NCBI GenBank assembly: GCA_965248265.1
Contig: CBDFJF010000002.1
Span: 3,776,001 to 3,840,000, forward strand
Origin: Candidatus Latescibacterota bacterium
Lineage (GTDB): Bacteria; Latescibacterota; UBA2968; UBA8231
Direction of reading: 5' to 3'
Length of the DNA stretch: 64,000 bases
The notes under the pieces were generated by a model. The model was not told where the DNA came from and made no database searches. It saw only the letters and a program-made list of their open reading frames with translations. This document shows, in pieces, positions 11,542 to 21,062 of the stretch. The position numbers and the translations under genes are program-made. The first letter of the stretch is position 1; every line of letters starts with the position of its first letter.

Positions 11542-12177
11542 TCAGAAATTGACTTCGGGGTCGTCGTATGGTCGATCTCCGCCTAACTGCTTGGCCTGAT
11601 CGAGGGCCGCTTCCAGCCGCGAAAGGAATTGATCGACAGTCTCCTTGAGGTTCCCGTCGCCGTCCTCCGTTGGAGCTCGGCTGACGACACCAAGGCTCAG
11701 AGTGATCGGCACATGGGTGCCGCCGCACTCGAACTGGGCGTTGAGGACGCGAGCCCTGAGAGTAAGACTTCTGCGTTTAGCTCGAGACGGATCGGCGTCA
11801 GGTATGATGAGGACGAAATTCGCACCGTCTATATGAACGACCTTTTCTCCCTCTTCGACATTTTCTTTCAGAAATTTCGCCACTTCCTTGACAATGTCGT
11901 CGCCACCCGCGCGGCCAAATTTTTTGTTGATCTCTCCAAGATTATCGGGCGCCAGCATAACGCACCCCAGATGCTCGTTCTCTTCATTGGCGTGACTTAC
12001 CGCCTGCGGCAACAAAGCAGTAGTGAAGTAGACCTTGTTCGGCAACCCGGTCAGCGAATCAGTTCCGGCGATGCGCATCCAGCGCCGGTTGTTCGCCTTG
12101 AGTTTCTGGTTTTCGTCCTTGAGACGGGCGATCTCGGTCTGCAACTTCGTTACGAGATCGTCATTTTCCGATGCCAT
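11542..12177 (-). CDS. GGDEF-fold protein with degenerate active site and N-terminal coiled coil
   Basis: TDSLTGLPNK, ITLSLGV and ALDQAKQLGGDR match the fold; the signature reads HIDGANF. Confidence 0.8.
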   Translation of the reverse strand: MASENDDLVTKLQTEIARLKDENQKLKANNRRWMRIAGTDSLTGLPNKVYFTTALLPQAVSHANEENEHLGCVMLAPDNLGEINKKFGRAGGDDIVKEVAKFLKENVEEGEKVVHIDGANFVLIIPDADPSRAKRRSLTLRARVLNAQFECGGTHVPITLSLGVVSRAPTEDGDGNLKETVDQFLSRLEAALDQAKQLGGDRPYDDPEVNF

Positions 12178-12318
12178 GTCTTGGCTCTGGCAGGAGAAGG
12201 GAGAGGGAATGGCGCTTGCCGATTCAATGTATACGGTATTAATTTTCGATTATTCATCGTGATCCCGCAAGTTTTCGCGGCCCGTCTCTGCCACCCTCTG
12301 TGAATTGGCTCTGATCGC

Positions 12319-12831
12319 GTGACAACCTTGATTATTGTCCTCGTGCTCGTTTCAGTGGCGATCCCCGCAGCGCTGGCCATCGCCCATTGGCGCCTGCAGA
12401 AGAGAGATCGAATCCAGTTACGACTGCACCGGGGACGCAGCCGGCTGCTCGGTGAGGAGATCGAGCAGCGTGCATCCGAACTCATCCGGTACGACGACGA
12501 GATGCTGGCTCCCGCCCGCTTCGATGCCGACCGGGCGTTGGATGAGTTGCATGTGGCCATGATGGACAGGCATGCCCACATCCTCAACAGCCAGGATCTG
12601 GCGCATCTGCAGCGTCACAAAATTGCCATCCAGGAGCACGCCTTGTCGCAGCTTCTTGCTCGGGAGATGTCGGACCAATCCGGCGCCGTTGGCGACGTCG
12701 CCGAGACGACTCAGCGTCACGAGGCAGCCGACGTCGAACCTCGGCGCGATCGCCAGGACCGTATAAACGGACTACTGAACAAGATCGCCGAGTCCTCCTC
12801 CAAGACTAAGCCCAAAGGCAGATCGAGGTAG
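12319..12831 (+). CDS. Hypothetical membrane-anchored coiled-coil protein
   Basis: N-terminal TM helix and charged helical body; fills the gap between GGDEF and frr. Confidence 0.65.
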   Translation: MTTLIIVLVLVSVAIPAALAIAHWRLQKRDRIQLRLHRGRSRLLGEEIEQRASELIRYDDEMLAPARFDADRALDELHVAMMDRHAHILNSQDLAHLQRHKIAIQEHALSQLLAREMSDQSGAVGDVAETTQRHEAADVEPRRDRQDRINGLLNKIAESSSKTKPKGRSR

Positions 12832-12845
12832 TTGAGGGTAGGCAC

Positions 12846-12880
12846 AAAAAAACCAACCGAACCCACAGCTTCCGGTTGGA
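12846..12880 (-). terminator. Intrinsic terminator downstream of frr
   Basis: CCAACCG...CGGTTGG stem followed by TTTTTT on the minus strand. Confidence 0.6.
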
Positions 12881-12913
12881 ATGACCTCTCCCCCACCACA
12901 CCTGCTCCAGAAT

Positions 12914-13474
12914 TCAGACTTCCATTATCTCCTTCTCTTTGTGTGTGCTGATGTCGTCAACCTGGGCGATAAACTCATCGGTCGTTTTTTGAATATGATC
13001 GTGCGCATGCCGGGCGTCATCTTCCGAGATTTCGCCCTCCTTTTTCGCCTCGTCGACAAAATCCAGCCCGTCCCGCCTGGCCTGCCGCACTGAGACCTTG
13101 GCGTCTTCCGAGCGGTGGCGAGCGACTTTCGTCAACTCCCGGCGACGTTCCTCCGTCAACTCCGGAATCGGGAGGCGTATGATACTGCCGTCATTCGAAG
13201 GATTGAGACCCAGACTGGCGTCAGCGATAACGGCCTTTTCTATGTCGGCAATCAGCCCCTGTTCGTACGGCTTGATAACAATCAAACGCGCCTCGGGGAC
13301 AGAAACCGTCGCCAGCTGATTGAGTGGAGTTGGTGTTCCGTAGTAGTCGACACGGATACCGTCCAGGAGCGTAGCGGAAGCTCGACCTGTGCGTATGCCA
13401 GACAGATCGCGACGCATTGCATCCAGCGCCCGCGTCATAGCCTCTTTGACTTCCTCGAAGATCTCCTCAAGCAA
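12914..13474 (-). CDS. frr: Ribosome recycling factor
   Basis: IRTGRAS, VDYYGTPTPLNQLA, LTEERRREL and KEKEIMEV motifs. Confidence 0.97.
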   Translation of the reverse strand: MLEEIFEEVKEAMTRALDAMRRDLSGIRTGRASATLLDGIRVDYYGTPTPLNQLATVSVPEARLIVIKPYEQGLIADIEKAVIADASLGLNPSNDGSIIRLPIPELTEERRRELTKVARHRSEDAKVSVRQARRDGLDFVDEAKKEGEISEDDARHAHDHIQKTTDEFIAQVDDISTHKEKEIMEV

Positions 13475-13492
13475 GGATCTGTCTCCGCGAAA

Positions 13493-14095
13493 TCAGTCGC
13501 GCTCTCCCAAGCGAAAGCAGGCAAACCGACTTATCGAGATTTTCTCTCCGACCTTGGCTGTCATCTCGGTGACGAGTTCCTCGATCGTCTGATCCGGATT
13601 CTTGACGAAGGCCTGCTCCATCAGGCATACATCCTGAAAGTACTTGTCCAGACGCCCCTGGACAATTTTCTCGGCTATGTGATCAGGCTTGCCCTCATTG
13701 TTGGCCTGCTCCAGATAGATCGAACGCTCACGTTCGATGGCCTCTGCGTCGAGATCATCGCGGCTGACGGCGACCGGACGCTCCGCAGCGATGTGCATGG
13801 CTACATCCTTGGCCATCTCTTGAAAATCATCGGTGCGCGCGACAAAGTCGGTTTCACAGTTAACCTCGATCAATACCCCGAGGCGACTACCGGCATGGAT
13901 GTAAGAGCTGATCACCCCTTCCTTGGCATCGCGCCCGGCACGCTTTTCGACGGCGGCCATCCCCTGCTTGCGCAGATAATCGACGGCTTGTTCCATGTCG
14001 CCGTCTGTTTCCTTCAGGGCTTTCTTACAGTCCATCATGCCGATCCCGGTTCGCTCCCTGAGATCGCGAACCGCGGCTGCCGTTATTTCAACCAT
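13493..14095 (-). CDS. tsf: Elongation factor Ts (short form)
   Basis: LRERTGIGMMDCKKAL and EVNCETDFVART motifs. Confidence 0.97.
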   Translation of the reverse strand: MVEITAAAVRDLRERTGIGMMDCKKALKETDGDMEQAVDYLRKQGMAAVEKRAGRDAKEGVISSYIHAGSRLGVLIEVNCETDFVARTDDFQEMAKDVAMHIAAERPVAVSRDDLDAEAIERERSIYLEQANNEGKPDHIAEKIVQGRLDKYFQDVCLMEQAFVKNPDQTIEELVTEMTAKVGEKISISRFACFRLGERD

Positions 14096-14107
14096 CTCCC
14101 CTTCCGC

Positions 14108-14923
14108 CTAATTCTGTGTTGTTTCGGTGGGCACTGCTGCCGACGCCACAGCTTCCGCCGCCGCGGGAGCTGCCACCGGAGCGGCTTCCGCTCCCGGGGC
14201 ACCGACTTGCTCGTCGTCTAATTCTCCAAGCTGCTTTTCGGCTGCAGCACCACCCTCGATGACCGCATCTGCAACCAATTTCGTCATCAATTCGATGGAG
14301 CGAATCGCATCGTCGTTTCCTGGAATCGGATAGGTAACCAAGTCGGGGTCACAATTGGTGTCAACGAGCGCGACGGATGCCACACCCAACTTGCTCGCCT
14401 CGGCAATCGCCAGATGCTCCTTCTTGATGTCGACAATGTAGATCAGCCCGGGAAGAGTCGTCATCTTGCGAATGCCACCCAACACCCGATTCATCCGGGC
14501 TCGCTCCTTTTCCAGGAGCAGGACTTCCTTCTTCTTGAGCTTCTCGTAGGTACCATCCGTGGCGATGGTATCCAGGTGATCGAGGTGGCGGATGTTCTGG
14601 CGGATGGTCTGCCAGTTAGTCAACATCCCTCCCAGCCAGCGTTCAGTCACGTAATACTGACCGCAGCGCTCGGCCTCCGATTTGACGAGCTCGACCGCCT
14701 GCTTCTTCGTGCCCACGAACAGAACCGATTTGCCTGCTCGCACAGTATCGGTGACGACCTGCCGGGCCGCTTCCATCTCCTTCATCGTCTTTTGCAGATC
14801 GATGATGTGGATCCCGTTGCGCTCCGCGAAGATGTATGGTCTCATCTTCGGATTCCATCTGCTGGTCTGGTGCCCGAAGTGGGTACCGGCCTCGAGTAGA
14901 TCGCTTACTGCGATTTCCGCCAT
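14108..14923 (-). CDS. rpsB: 30S ribosomal protein S2
   Basis: [19 protein letters not shown] and [10 protein letters not shown] motifs. Confidence 0.98.
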   Translation of the reverse strand: MAEIAVSDLLEAGTHFGHQTSRWNPKMRPYIFAERNGIHIIDLQKTMKEMEAARQVVTDTVRAGKSVLFVGTKKQAVELVKSEAERCGQYYVTERWLGGMLTNWQTIRQNIRHLDHLDTIATDGTYEKLKKKEVLLLEKERARMNRVLGGIRKMTTLPGLIYIVDIKKEHLAIAEASKLGVASVALVDTNCDPDLVTYPIPGNDDAIRSIELMTKLVADAVIEGGAAAEKQLGELDDEQVGAPGAEAAPVAAPAAAEAVASAAVPTETTQN

Positions 14924-14949
14924 TCTTTAGGTGCTCCTGTGACCGTTGC

Positions 14950-15050
14950 GGTTCGTCCTCCGCCCATGGCTTGTCTCCCCACGCGAATCCAAGCCTAATT
15001 GCCGTCGGCAACTACGCCGGACACCGCCGCGTGCGTCCAAAGGGCGTGTG
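14950..15050 (-). ncRNA. rpsB leader (t44-like autoregulatory RNA)
   Basis: Minus strand CACACGCCC...GGGCGGAGGACGAACC, a closing stem with the CACAC and GGAGG..AACC elements typical of t44, directly upstream of rpsB. Confidence 0.65.
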
Positions 15051-15157
15051 AAATCGCCGAGGGTGTTCCTGCGAACCTCGGCGTCGGATACTAACTAGCA
15101 CAATCGGCTCCGATGCAACCTGGAGCCGATTGTAGTGTGCTTGAAATCTACGTAGCG

Positions 15158-15550
15158 TCAGCGCTTAGAAAACTGGAAGCGCTTCCGGGCGCCGGCCAGA
15201 CCGTATTTCTTGCGCTCCTTCTCTCGCGGATCGCGGGTCAAAAAGCCGGCCTTTTTCAATGTCGTGCGCACTGTTGGATCGTATAACACCAGAGCTCGGG
15301 CAATGCCAAGACAAGCTGCACCGGCCTGACCACGCAAGCCTCCGCCACGAGTACTGATGTCGATGTCGAACCGCTCGGCCGATTCGGTCAGCTGCAGCGG
15401 TTGCATGATGACCATCTCGAGCGAATCTCTGCGTACGTACTCCTTCAGAGTGCGCCCGTTGACTATGATCTCACCGGCACCCGGCGTCATGCGCACGCGC
15501 GCCACGGAAGTCTTTCGGCGGCCCGTAGCTTCGAATCTTTCAGCTGGCAT
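15158..15550 (-). CDS. rpsI: 30S ribosomal protein S9
   Basis: [12 protein letters not shown] and [19 protein letters not shown] motifs. Confidence 0.98.
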   Translation of the reverse strand: MPAERFEATGRRKTSVARVRMTPGAGEIIVNGRTLKEYVRRDSLEMVIMQPLQLTESAERFDIDISTRGGGLRGQAGAACLGIARALVLYDPTVRTTLKKAGFLTRDPREKERKKYGLAGARKRFQFSKR

Positions 15551-15609
15551 AAGTAAATGCTCTTAGGGTTTCGCGATTGGTTTTACGATCATGAGAATGT
15601 AGCTCGTAC

Positions 15610-16050
15610 TCACAGATCCAGAGCCTGTGGTTGCTGCGCCGAATGACGATGATCCGCACCGGCATACACCTTGAGCTTCTTCAGCATCCTGCGACCAAGA
15701 GCATTGTGCGGCAACATGCCCCAGACTGCTTTCTTCAGTACCCTGTCCGGATGTTCTTTAATCATGCGACTGAACGGCGTGCTCTTGATTCCACCCGGAT
15801 AACCGGTATGACGGTAATAGACCTTCTGCTCGGCTTTCTTGCCCGTAACACGCACACGCTGCGCATTGATGACGATGACGTGGTCACCCATATCCAAATG
15901 GGGGGTGTAGACCGGCTTGTGCTTCCCCTTCAATACTCGTGCGATTTCAGTGGCAAGACGCCCCAGCACCTTGTCATCAGCATCGACGAGGAACCACTGG
16001 CGGTCGATATCCTTACCTGAAGGAGAATATGTTTTCTGCGATTCACTCAT
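15610..16050 (-). CDS. rplM: 50S ribosomal protein L13
   Basis: [28 protein letters not shown] and HTGYPGG motifs. Confidence 0.98.
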   Translation of the reverse strand: MSESQKTYSPSGKDIDRQWFLVDADDKVLGRLATEIARVLKGKHKPVYTPHLDMGDHVIVINAQRVRVTGKKAEQKVYYRHTGYPGGIKSTPFSRMIKEHPDRVLKKAVWGMLPHNALGRRMLKKLKVYAGADHRHSAQQPQALDL

Positions 16051-16160
16051 CGACTTTCATCAACCCGTCTGGTTCATTCTGCTGGTTCATTCTGATTGTT
16101 CCTTCGGCGCTACGACCAACCGGCCGAACAAGCTAGCTCTGTAAAAATGGCGAAGCGCTA

Positions 16161-16189
16161 AAACTAAGTGCTGCAGATACTAAGGTCAA
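16161..16189 (-). promoter_or_regulatory. Sigma70-type promoter of rplM-rpsI
   Basis: TTGACC-N17-TAGTTT. Confidence 0.55.
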
Positions 16190-16797
16190 GACCGGCGCTG
16201 GCGCCATCCCCGTAACACCAGGCCCAACAGCACCACAATCACGATTCCAACCGCCACCTGATTGTACTGCCCCAAGACCTCGATCACCGACTCCCAATTC
16301 TTGCCCACAAGCATCCCTGCATACAACAGGGCTCCATTCCACAGGGCCATGCTGATGCCTCCCAGCAGGGCCACTCGCGACCATGACAGGTTCCCCAAAC
16401 CTGCCGCCAGAGCGATCACCGAGCGCACGCCACTCAAGAACCGGTTGGCCAGGATCAACCAAGAGCCATAGCGTTCGAGCCAGGCCTCGGCTCTGCCCAG
16501 TTGCTCCTGGCCAAACAGGCGGTTACCGGAGCGTCCAACCAACGCCCTTCCCCCAGTCCGACCGATGTGATACATCAGCATGAAACCGGCCGTTCCTCCG
16601 ACGCACGTGGCCCCATAGACAGGGGCCCAGTGAAGGAGCCCCCGTCCCACGAGATAGGCGCTGAAGACGACGACGGTATCTCCGGGAACCGGCGGAATCA
16701 CATTCTCGAGGAACGCACTCAAAGCCACGGCCAGGTACCCCCACAGTGGATCCCAATGGGAGACTTCCTCGACCAGGCCGCTCACCCAATCCTGCAT
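16186..16797 (-). CDS. DedA family membrane protein
   Basis: FLENVIPPVPGD, YHIGR and NRFLSGVRSVIALAAG motifs. Confidence 0.9.
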   Translation of the reverse strand: MQDWVSGLVEEVSHWDPLWGYLAVALSAFLENVIPPVPGDTVVVFSAYLVGRGLLHWAPVYGATCVGGTAGFMLMYHIGRTGGRALVGRSGNRLFGQEQLGRAEAWLERYGSWLILANRFLSGVRSVIALAAGLGNLSWSRVALLGGISMALWNGALLYAGMLVGKNWESVIEVLGQYNQVAVGIVIVVLLGLVLRGWRQRRS

Positions 16798-16820
16798 GCA
16801 GGCGCCCTCATTCTATTCGC

Positions 16821-16857
16821 CCGCTTCAGCGATCCGCTTCAGCGATCCGCTTCAGCG
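16821..16857. repeat. 13-bp tandem repeat (CCGCTTCAGCGAT) x2.8
   Basis: Read directly between the ispDF stop and dedA. Confidence 0.9.
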
Positions 16858-16858
16858 G

Positions 16859-18058
16859 TCACAGCATGATCGAGGCCACGGCTTGCGCCGCGATCCCCTC
16901 CTCTCGCCCAACGAACCCCAGCCCTTCGGTCGTCGTGGCCTTGATGGAGATGTGCTGGGGTGAAATAGCCAGATGACGGGCGAGCGTCGATTCCATGACG
17001 GAAATATGTGGTTGCAGCTTCGGTGTTTGGGCGATGACGACGACGTCTATGTTGACGATGCGTGCTCCCGCCTCGGCCAATCGCGCTCCGACTTGCTCGA
17101 GCAGGAGAAGGCTGGAGATGTCTTTGTAGGCCGGATCAGAGTCTGGAAACAGCCGGCCGATATCGCCCATCCCGGCAGCACCCAAAAGAGCGTCGATCGC
17201 GGCATGAGTGAGGACGTCTGCGTCGGAATGGCCAAGCAGGCCTTTGCTGTGAGGGATTTCCAGACCCGCCAGTATGAGTTTGCGCCCTTCGACCAGTTTG
17301 TGGACATCGTAACCCTGACCCACGCGCAAGGTACCCCCACCCCCCAGGTCTTCCTCTGCCTCGTACTGCCACTGCATCAGTTTCAAATCCTGTTCCGTGG
17401 TAATTTTGACGTTGTCGTATTCGCCTTCAACCAGTCTAACCGGATGGCCGATTCGTTCGACTAGGGTGGACTCATCAGTTGCCTTTATCGATGGCGTGAC
17501 ATCGAAAGCTTGTAAGAGGAGTTCCCTCCTGAACGCTTGTGGAGTCTGGGCTTGCCAGACGGAATCCCGGTCAGGCGTCTCCAGCACCACGCCCTCGCTG
17601 GCGATCTTCACAGTATCCGTGGCCGCCACGGCAGCAACGGCGGCCCCCTCGCTGATTGCAGCATCGATCACCCGATTGGCGAGATCACGCGAGAACCGAG
17701 GTCTTACGCCGTCATGCACGAGAATGATCTCTTCGGCCGGATCGGTCCGCCGTAGCCCTGCCAACACCGAATCCCGGCGTTCTGAACCGCCGAAAACCAT
17801 CCCATCGACCTTTGACAGGCCCCCGTACCCGACGACCGCGTCGTGGAACTCGGAGTCCTGCTCGTGACCGACTACGATTACCCTGGAGATCCTCGAGATT
17901 TCGTTCAGTCGCCGCAGGGTATGCCACAAAACCGGTTTTCCGGACAGCAGGCGAAACTGCTTTGGTGTGTCGCCGGGCATGCGCCGTCCGCGACCCGCCG
18001 CCGCAACGATCGCCACCACGTTGGTATCGCTGGTATCGCTCATAATTCGCTCACTCAT
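16859..18058 (-). CDS. ispDF: Bifunctional IspD/IspF (MEP pathway)
   Basis: [18 protein letters not shown] and QTPQAF (IspD); [18 protein letters not shown] and [10 protein letters not shown] (IspF). ATGA overlap with the queA stop gives start 18058. Confidence 0.95.
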   Translation of the reverse strand: MSERIMSDTSDTNVVAIVAAAGRGRRMPGDTPKQFRLLSGKPVLWHTLRRLNEISRISRVIVVGHEQDSEFHDAVVGYGGLSKVDGMVFGGSERRDSVLAGLRRTDPAEEIILVHDGVRPRFSRDLANRVIDAAISEGAAVAAVAATDTVKIASEGVVLETPDRDSVWQAQTPQAFRRELLLQAFDVTPSIKATDESTLVERIGHPVRLVEGEYDNVKITTEQDLKLMQWQYEAEEDLGGGGTLRVGQGYDVHKLVEGRKLILAGLEIPHSKGLLGHSDADVLTHAAIDALLGAAGMGDIGRLFPDSDPAYKDISSLLLLEQVGARLAEAGARIVNIDVVVIAQTPKLQPHISVMESTLARHLAISPQHISIKATTTEGLGFVGREEGIAAQAVASIML

Positions 18059-19128
18059 ACGATCAACATGGCGTCGCCGTAGCTGTAAAATCGATACTGC
18101 GCCCTGATAGCCTCGATATACGCCTGTTTGAGCCGTTCGAGTCCGGCAAAGGCCGCCACCAACAACAACAGAGAGGAGCGTGGCAGGTGAAAATTCGTAA
18201 TCAACCCATCCGTTGCACGAAAATCGAAGGGCGGATGAACGAACAGATTGGTCCAACCGGTTGAGGCCTCAAAATCGATCCCATCGACACCCGTGGCTAC
18301 GGTCTCCAGGGTTCGTACGGATGTCGTGCCGACGGGGATGATCCGACCACCGGCTTGCCGACGTCGGTTGAGTTCCGCTGCTGCCGTGTCCTGCACCTCG
18401 TAGAATTCGGCTTCCAGTTCATGCGTGAGTGGATCCCGCGAGCGGATCGGTTCGAAGGTTCCCGGACCGACGTGCAGGAGAATCCGCACGATGCCAACGC
18501 CGAGTGCCTCGATCTCCTGCAGAAGCGCCTGTGTAAAATGCAGGCCCGCCGTGGGAGCGGCGACTGCACCTGCTCGACGGGCATACACGGTCTGATACCG
18601 AATTCGATCCTCGGGTTCCGGCTCACGATCCAGGTAAGGTGGAAGCGGAACTTGCCCGGCACGCTCCACTATTCGGCAGATCTCGTCGTCCTGGCCGATC
18701 CCGTCGCTTGCGGACGGGGTGCTGAACGCCACTTGGACCCTACCTTCTCCCTTGGCCTCCCCGACGACCTCTGCTCGCAACTGGCCGTCAGACATCGATA
18801 TGACCGTACCTGGATGAAGACGCTTGGCGGGGCGGGCCAGGGCCCTCCAGACAACTCCCGGGACCTCTTCTCTGTCAATGAGGAGTAACTCGACGCGACC
18901 CCCGGTTTCCTTTTTGTTACCTGATAATCGAGCCGGCAAGACCTTGGTCTCATTGATGACGAGTGCATCATCCGGACGCAGATACTCGATGATATCGGAA
19001 AAAAGCCGGTGCTGCAATTGTTCGCGCTTGCGATCCAGAACGAGCAGCCGAGACTGATCACGTTGAGCGGTGGGGTATCGAGCGATGCTCCCGGCGGGCA
19101 GGTCGAACTCGAGATCTGCGAGTTTCAT
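18055..19128 (-). CDS. queA: S-adenosylmethionine:tRNA ribosyltransferase-isomerase
   Basis: [31 protein letters not shown] and [10 protein letters not shown] motifs. Confidence 0.97.
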   Translation of the reverse strand: MKLADLEFDLPAGSIARYPTAQRDQSRLLVLDRKREQLQHRLFSDIIEYLRPDDALVINETKVLPARLSGNKKETGGRVELLLIDREEVPGVVWRALARPAKRLHPGTVISMSDGQLRAEVVGEAKGEGRVQVAFSTPSASDGIGQDDEICRIVERAGQVPLPPYLDREPEPEDRIRYQTVYARRAGAVAAPTAGLHFTQALLQEIEALGVGIVRILLHVGPGTFEPIRSRDPLTHELEAEFYEVQDTAAAELNRRRQAGGRIIPVGTTSVRTLETVATGVDGIDFEASTGWTNLFVHPPFDFRATDGLITNFHLPRSSLLLLVAAFAGLERLKQAYIEAIRAQYRFYSYGDAMLIV

Positions 19129-19189
19129 CGTCGTTCCCAGGCAGAGTCAGGGCACTCGGCGTGAAACAGCGACCGAACTCCGGATTTTG

Positions 19190-19218
19190 AAGCTATCTCG
19201 AGCACCAGAGACCGTCAA
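19190..19218 (-). promoter_or_regulatory. Sigma70-type promoter of queA-ispDF-dedA
   Basis: TTGACG-N17-TAGCTT. Confidence 0.5.
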
Positions 19219-19247
19219 GCGCTATGCATGAGTGCGGGAAGAAGAAT

Positions 19248-19292
19248 AAAAAAGAAGCTGTCCCCGGATCGAGCCGGGAGACAGCCTTTTTT
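19248..19292. terminator. Bidirectional intrinsic terminator
   Basis: GCTGTC-CCCGG-loop-CCGGG-A-GACAGC stem flanked by an A run and a T run. Confidence 0.8.
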
Positions 19293-19549
19293 ACGCTTCC
19301 AAAAGGCACTAGCGCCTCAGGAGCCCTCGGGCTCCTGAGGTCTTCGCGCTAGTTCACCGTCGTCTGGCGCTTCGGGACCCCTTATCGGGAGGGGCATGAG
19401 TCCCGACTGCTGCATCGATACGCCCTGTTCCGTGGTCCTTCCCTGGACCTTTCGAGCCTTATGGTATGTGTCGAGGCTCCCATCCCTGGGAATAATTTTC
19501 ACCGGCGCATTACCACGCGGAGCGCCAGGCGCTCCGTCCTTGACGGCTG
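19293..19549 (-). other. Structured, ANGGA-rich 3' trailer of a flagellin gene (candidate CsrA-binding RNA)
   Basis: Several consecutive hairpins and six ANGGA motifs within 19429-19541. Confidence 0.45.
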
Positions 19550-20719
19550 CTACAGCAGTGAGAGTGCCTGCACCGACGTCACATTCGCCTGTACAAGCAT
19601 GGCATTGCCCGCTGAGAGAAGCAGTTGCGAGCGGGTAAATTCCGTCACCTCCTTGGCAACATCGGCATCCCGAATGGAGGCATCGGCGGCTGTCGTGCTT
19701 TCGATCTCGTTTTCTGTGAAGCCGATCGAAAAGGCGAGCCGGTTCTGGACCGCACCGATCTTGCCCCGTTCGGAGGCGACGGTTTCGATCGCACGGTCAA
19801 TGCTGACCATCGCCGATCGCGCTCCGCTGATATTGTTGACCGAGAGCTGGCCGAGGTTCAGCGTAGTTCCTGATGCTCTCAAATCCGGGATCCCCACCTC
19901 CAATCGATCGACAACACTGGCAGTGGGTCCGATTTGAAAGACCCCACCCGTCTGCTGTTCCACTATCAGGGAGGTGCCATTCAGATCGCCATCGGTGTAG
20001 GATCCGGTCGTACCTGGGGTGTTGGCTCCGGCCAGAGATACCTGCACGCCCAGGCGATCGAAATTCGCAATCGTCTTCGTCCCCGAGGCCACTACACCGC
20101 CATCAAGCTGTATGCCGGTGTTGAGGGTCTGAGTGACCAGCCCGTTGCCAAGCGTCAAGCTTCCATCGGCGCCGTTGTCAACAAAGGTGTAGGTTCCCGC
20201 GGCCGCAGCCGATATAGCGATACGGGTAACCCCGGTCGCATTACTCGTGGTGATCGCGGTCGAGCTATCGTTCACCCGATTCCCGAAACCAGTCAGCAAG
20301 CTCTGTTCATTATATATGGTCGCCTGATATATGGTCGCCTGGCCAATGCGATCGACCTCGGCAATCAGCTGATTGAACTCGGCGGCGACAGAATCACGGT
20401 TTCGATCGTTGAGGGTACTCGTCGCTGATTGAATCGAGAGTTCCTTCATGCGCACGAGTATGTTATTCACTTCCTGTAAGGAACCTTCCGCCACCTGCAA
20501 CATGTCCGTACTCTGCTGTGCGTTTCGAACATCCTGCCCCAGACGCGCAGCCAAACTGCGCAACCCCTCGGACACGACGAGCCCTGAAGCGTCATCTGAG
20601 GCTCTGTTCACCCGCAGTCCTGAGGACAAACGCTCGAGCTGCCGGTGCACACCGACCACGTTGCGGCCGATGGAGCGCTGAGTGTTCATCGCAGCTATGT
20701 TGTTGTTTATTCTAAGCAT
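19550..20719 (-). CDS. fliC: Flagellin (389 aa)
   Basis: MLRINNNIAAMN...ERLSSGLRVNRASDDASGL N-terminus; GAVQNRL...IRDADVAKE C-terminus. Confidence 0.95.
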   Translation of the reverse strand: MLRINNNIAAMNTQRSIGRNVVGVHRQLERLSSGLRVNRASDDASGLVVSEGLRSLAARLGQDVRNAQQSTDMLQVAEGSLQEVNNILVRMKELSIQSATSTLNDRNRDSVAAEFNQLIAEVDRIGQATIYQATIYNEQSLLTGFGNRVNDSSTAITTSNATGVTRIAISAAAAGTYTFVDNGADGSLTLGNGLVTQTLNTGIQLDGGVVASGTKTIANFDRLGVQVSLAGANTPGTTGSYTDGDLNGTSLIVEQQTGGVFQIGPTASVVDRLEVGIPDLRASGTTLNLGQLSVNNISGARSAMVSIDRAIETVASERGKIGAVQNRLAFSIGFTENEIESTTAADASIRDADVAKEVTEFTRSQLLLSAGNAMLVQANVTSVQALSLL

Positions 20720-20873
20720 GCCTCCATGCCTCTCTTTGCGTATGAAATCCTTTTCATCCGTCTTGGGGGTGGATCAATTTTCGCAGTTGTTAAATGCTCT
20801 GGTCCTCCTAAATTCCAATGTTTTTGCCTAAAAGACCGTCCTGAGTGGTCAGTGCGGTCTGCGGCTGTTCAGT

Positions 20874-20901
20874 TTATCGGCGCCGCCTCACGCCTACTTT
20901 A
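20874..20901 (-). promoter_or_regulatory. Sigma28 (FliA) promoter
   Basis: TAAA-N16-GCCGATAA. Confidence 0.75.
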
Positions 20902-20963
20902 ACGCCCTACCGCCCTCTTTTTATCTTTTTGTGAAAAAATCAAGGTAATTAGCATGAAAAACC

Positions 20964-20990
20964 TGAAGCTCTCCTACTTCATGTCGATAT
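20964..20990 (+). promoter_or_regulatory. Sigma28-like promoter
   Basis: TGAA-N15-GTCGATAT upstream of the divergent flagellin. Confidence 0.6.
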
Positions 20991-21062
20991 CTACTATGTG
21001 ATACCAAGTATGGGCATGTAATATCTCAATGCCGCAATACCCGAACAAGGAGGTTCTGGGAG

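Noticed and set aside
16821-16857. CRISPR array
   Set aside because: Short tandem repeat without spacers; no cas genes.
20720-20873. c-di-GMP riboswitch in the flagellin leader
   Set aside because: The GCAAA...GACGCAAA two-stem pattern was not found here or in the other flagellin leaders.
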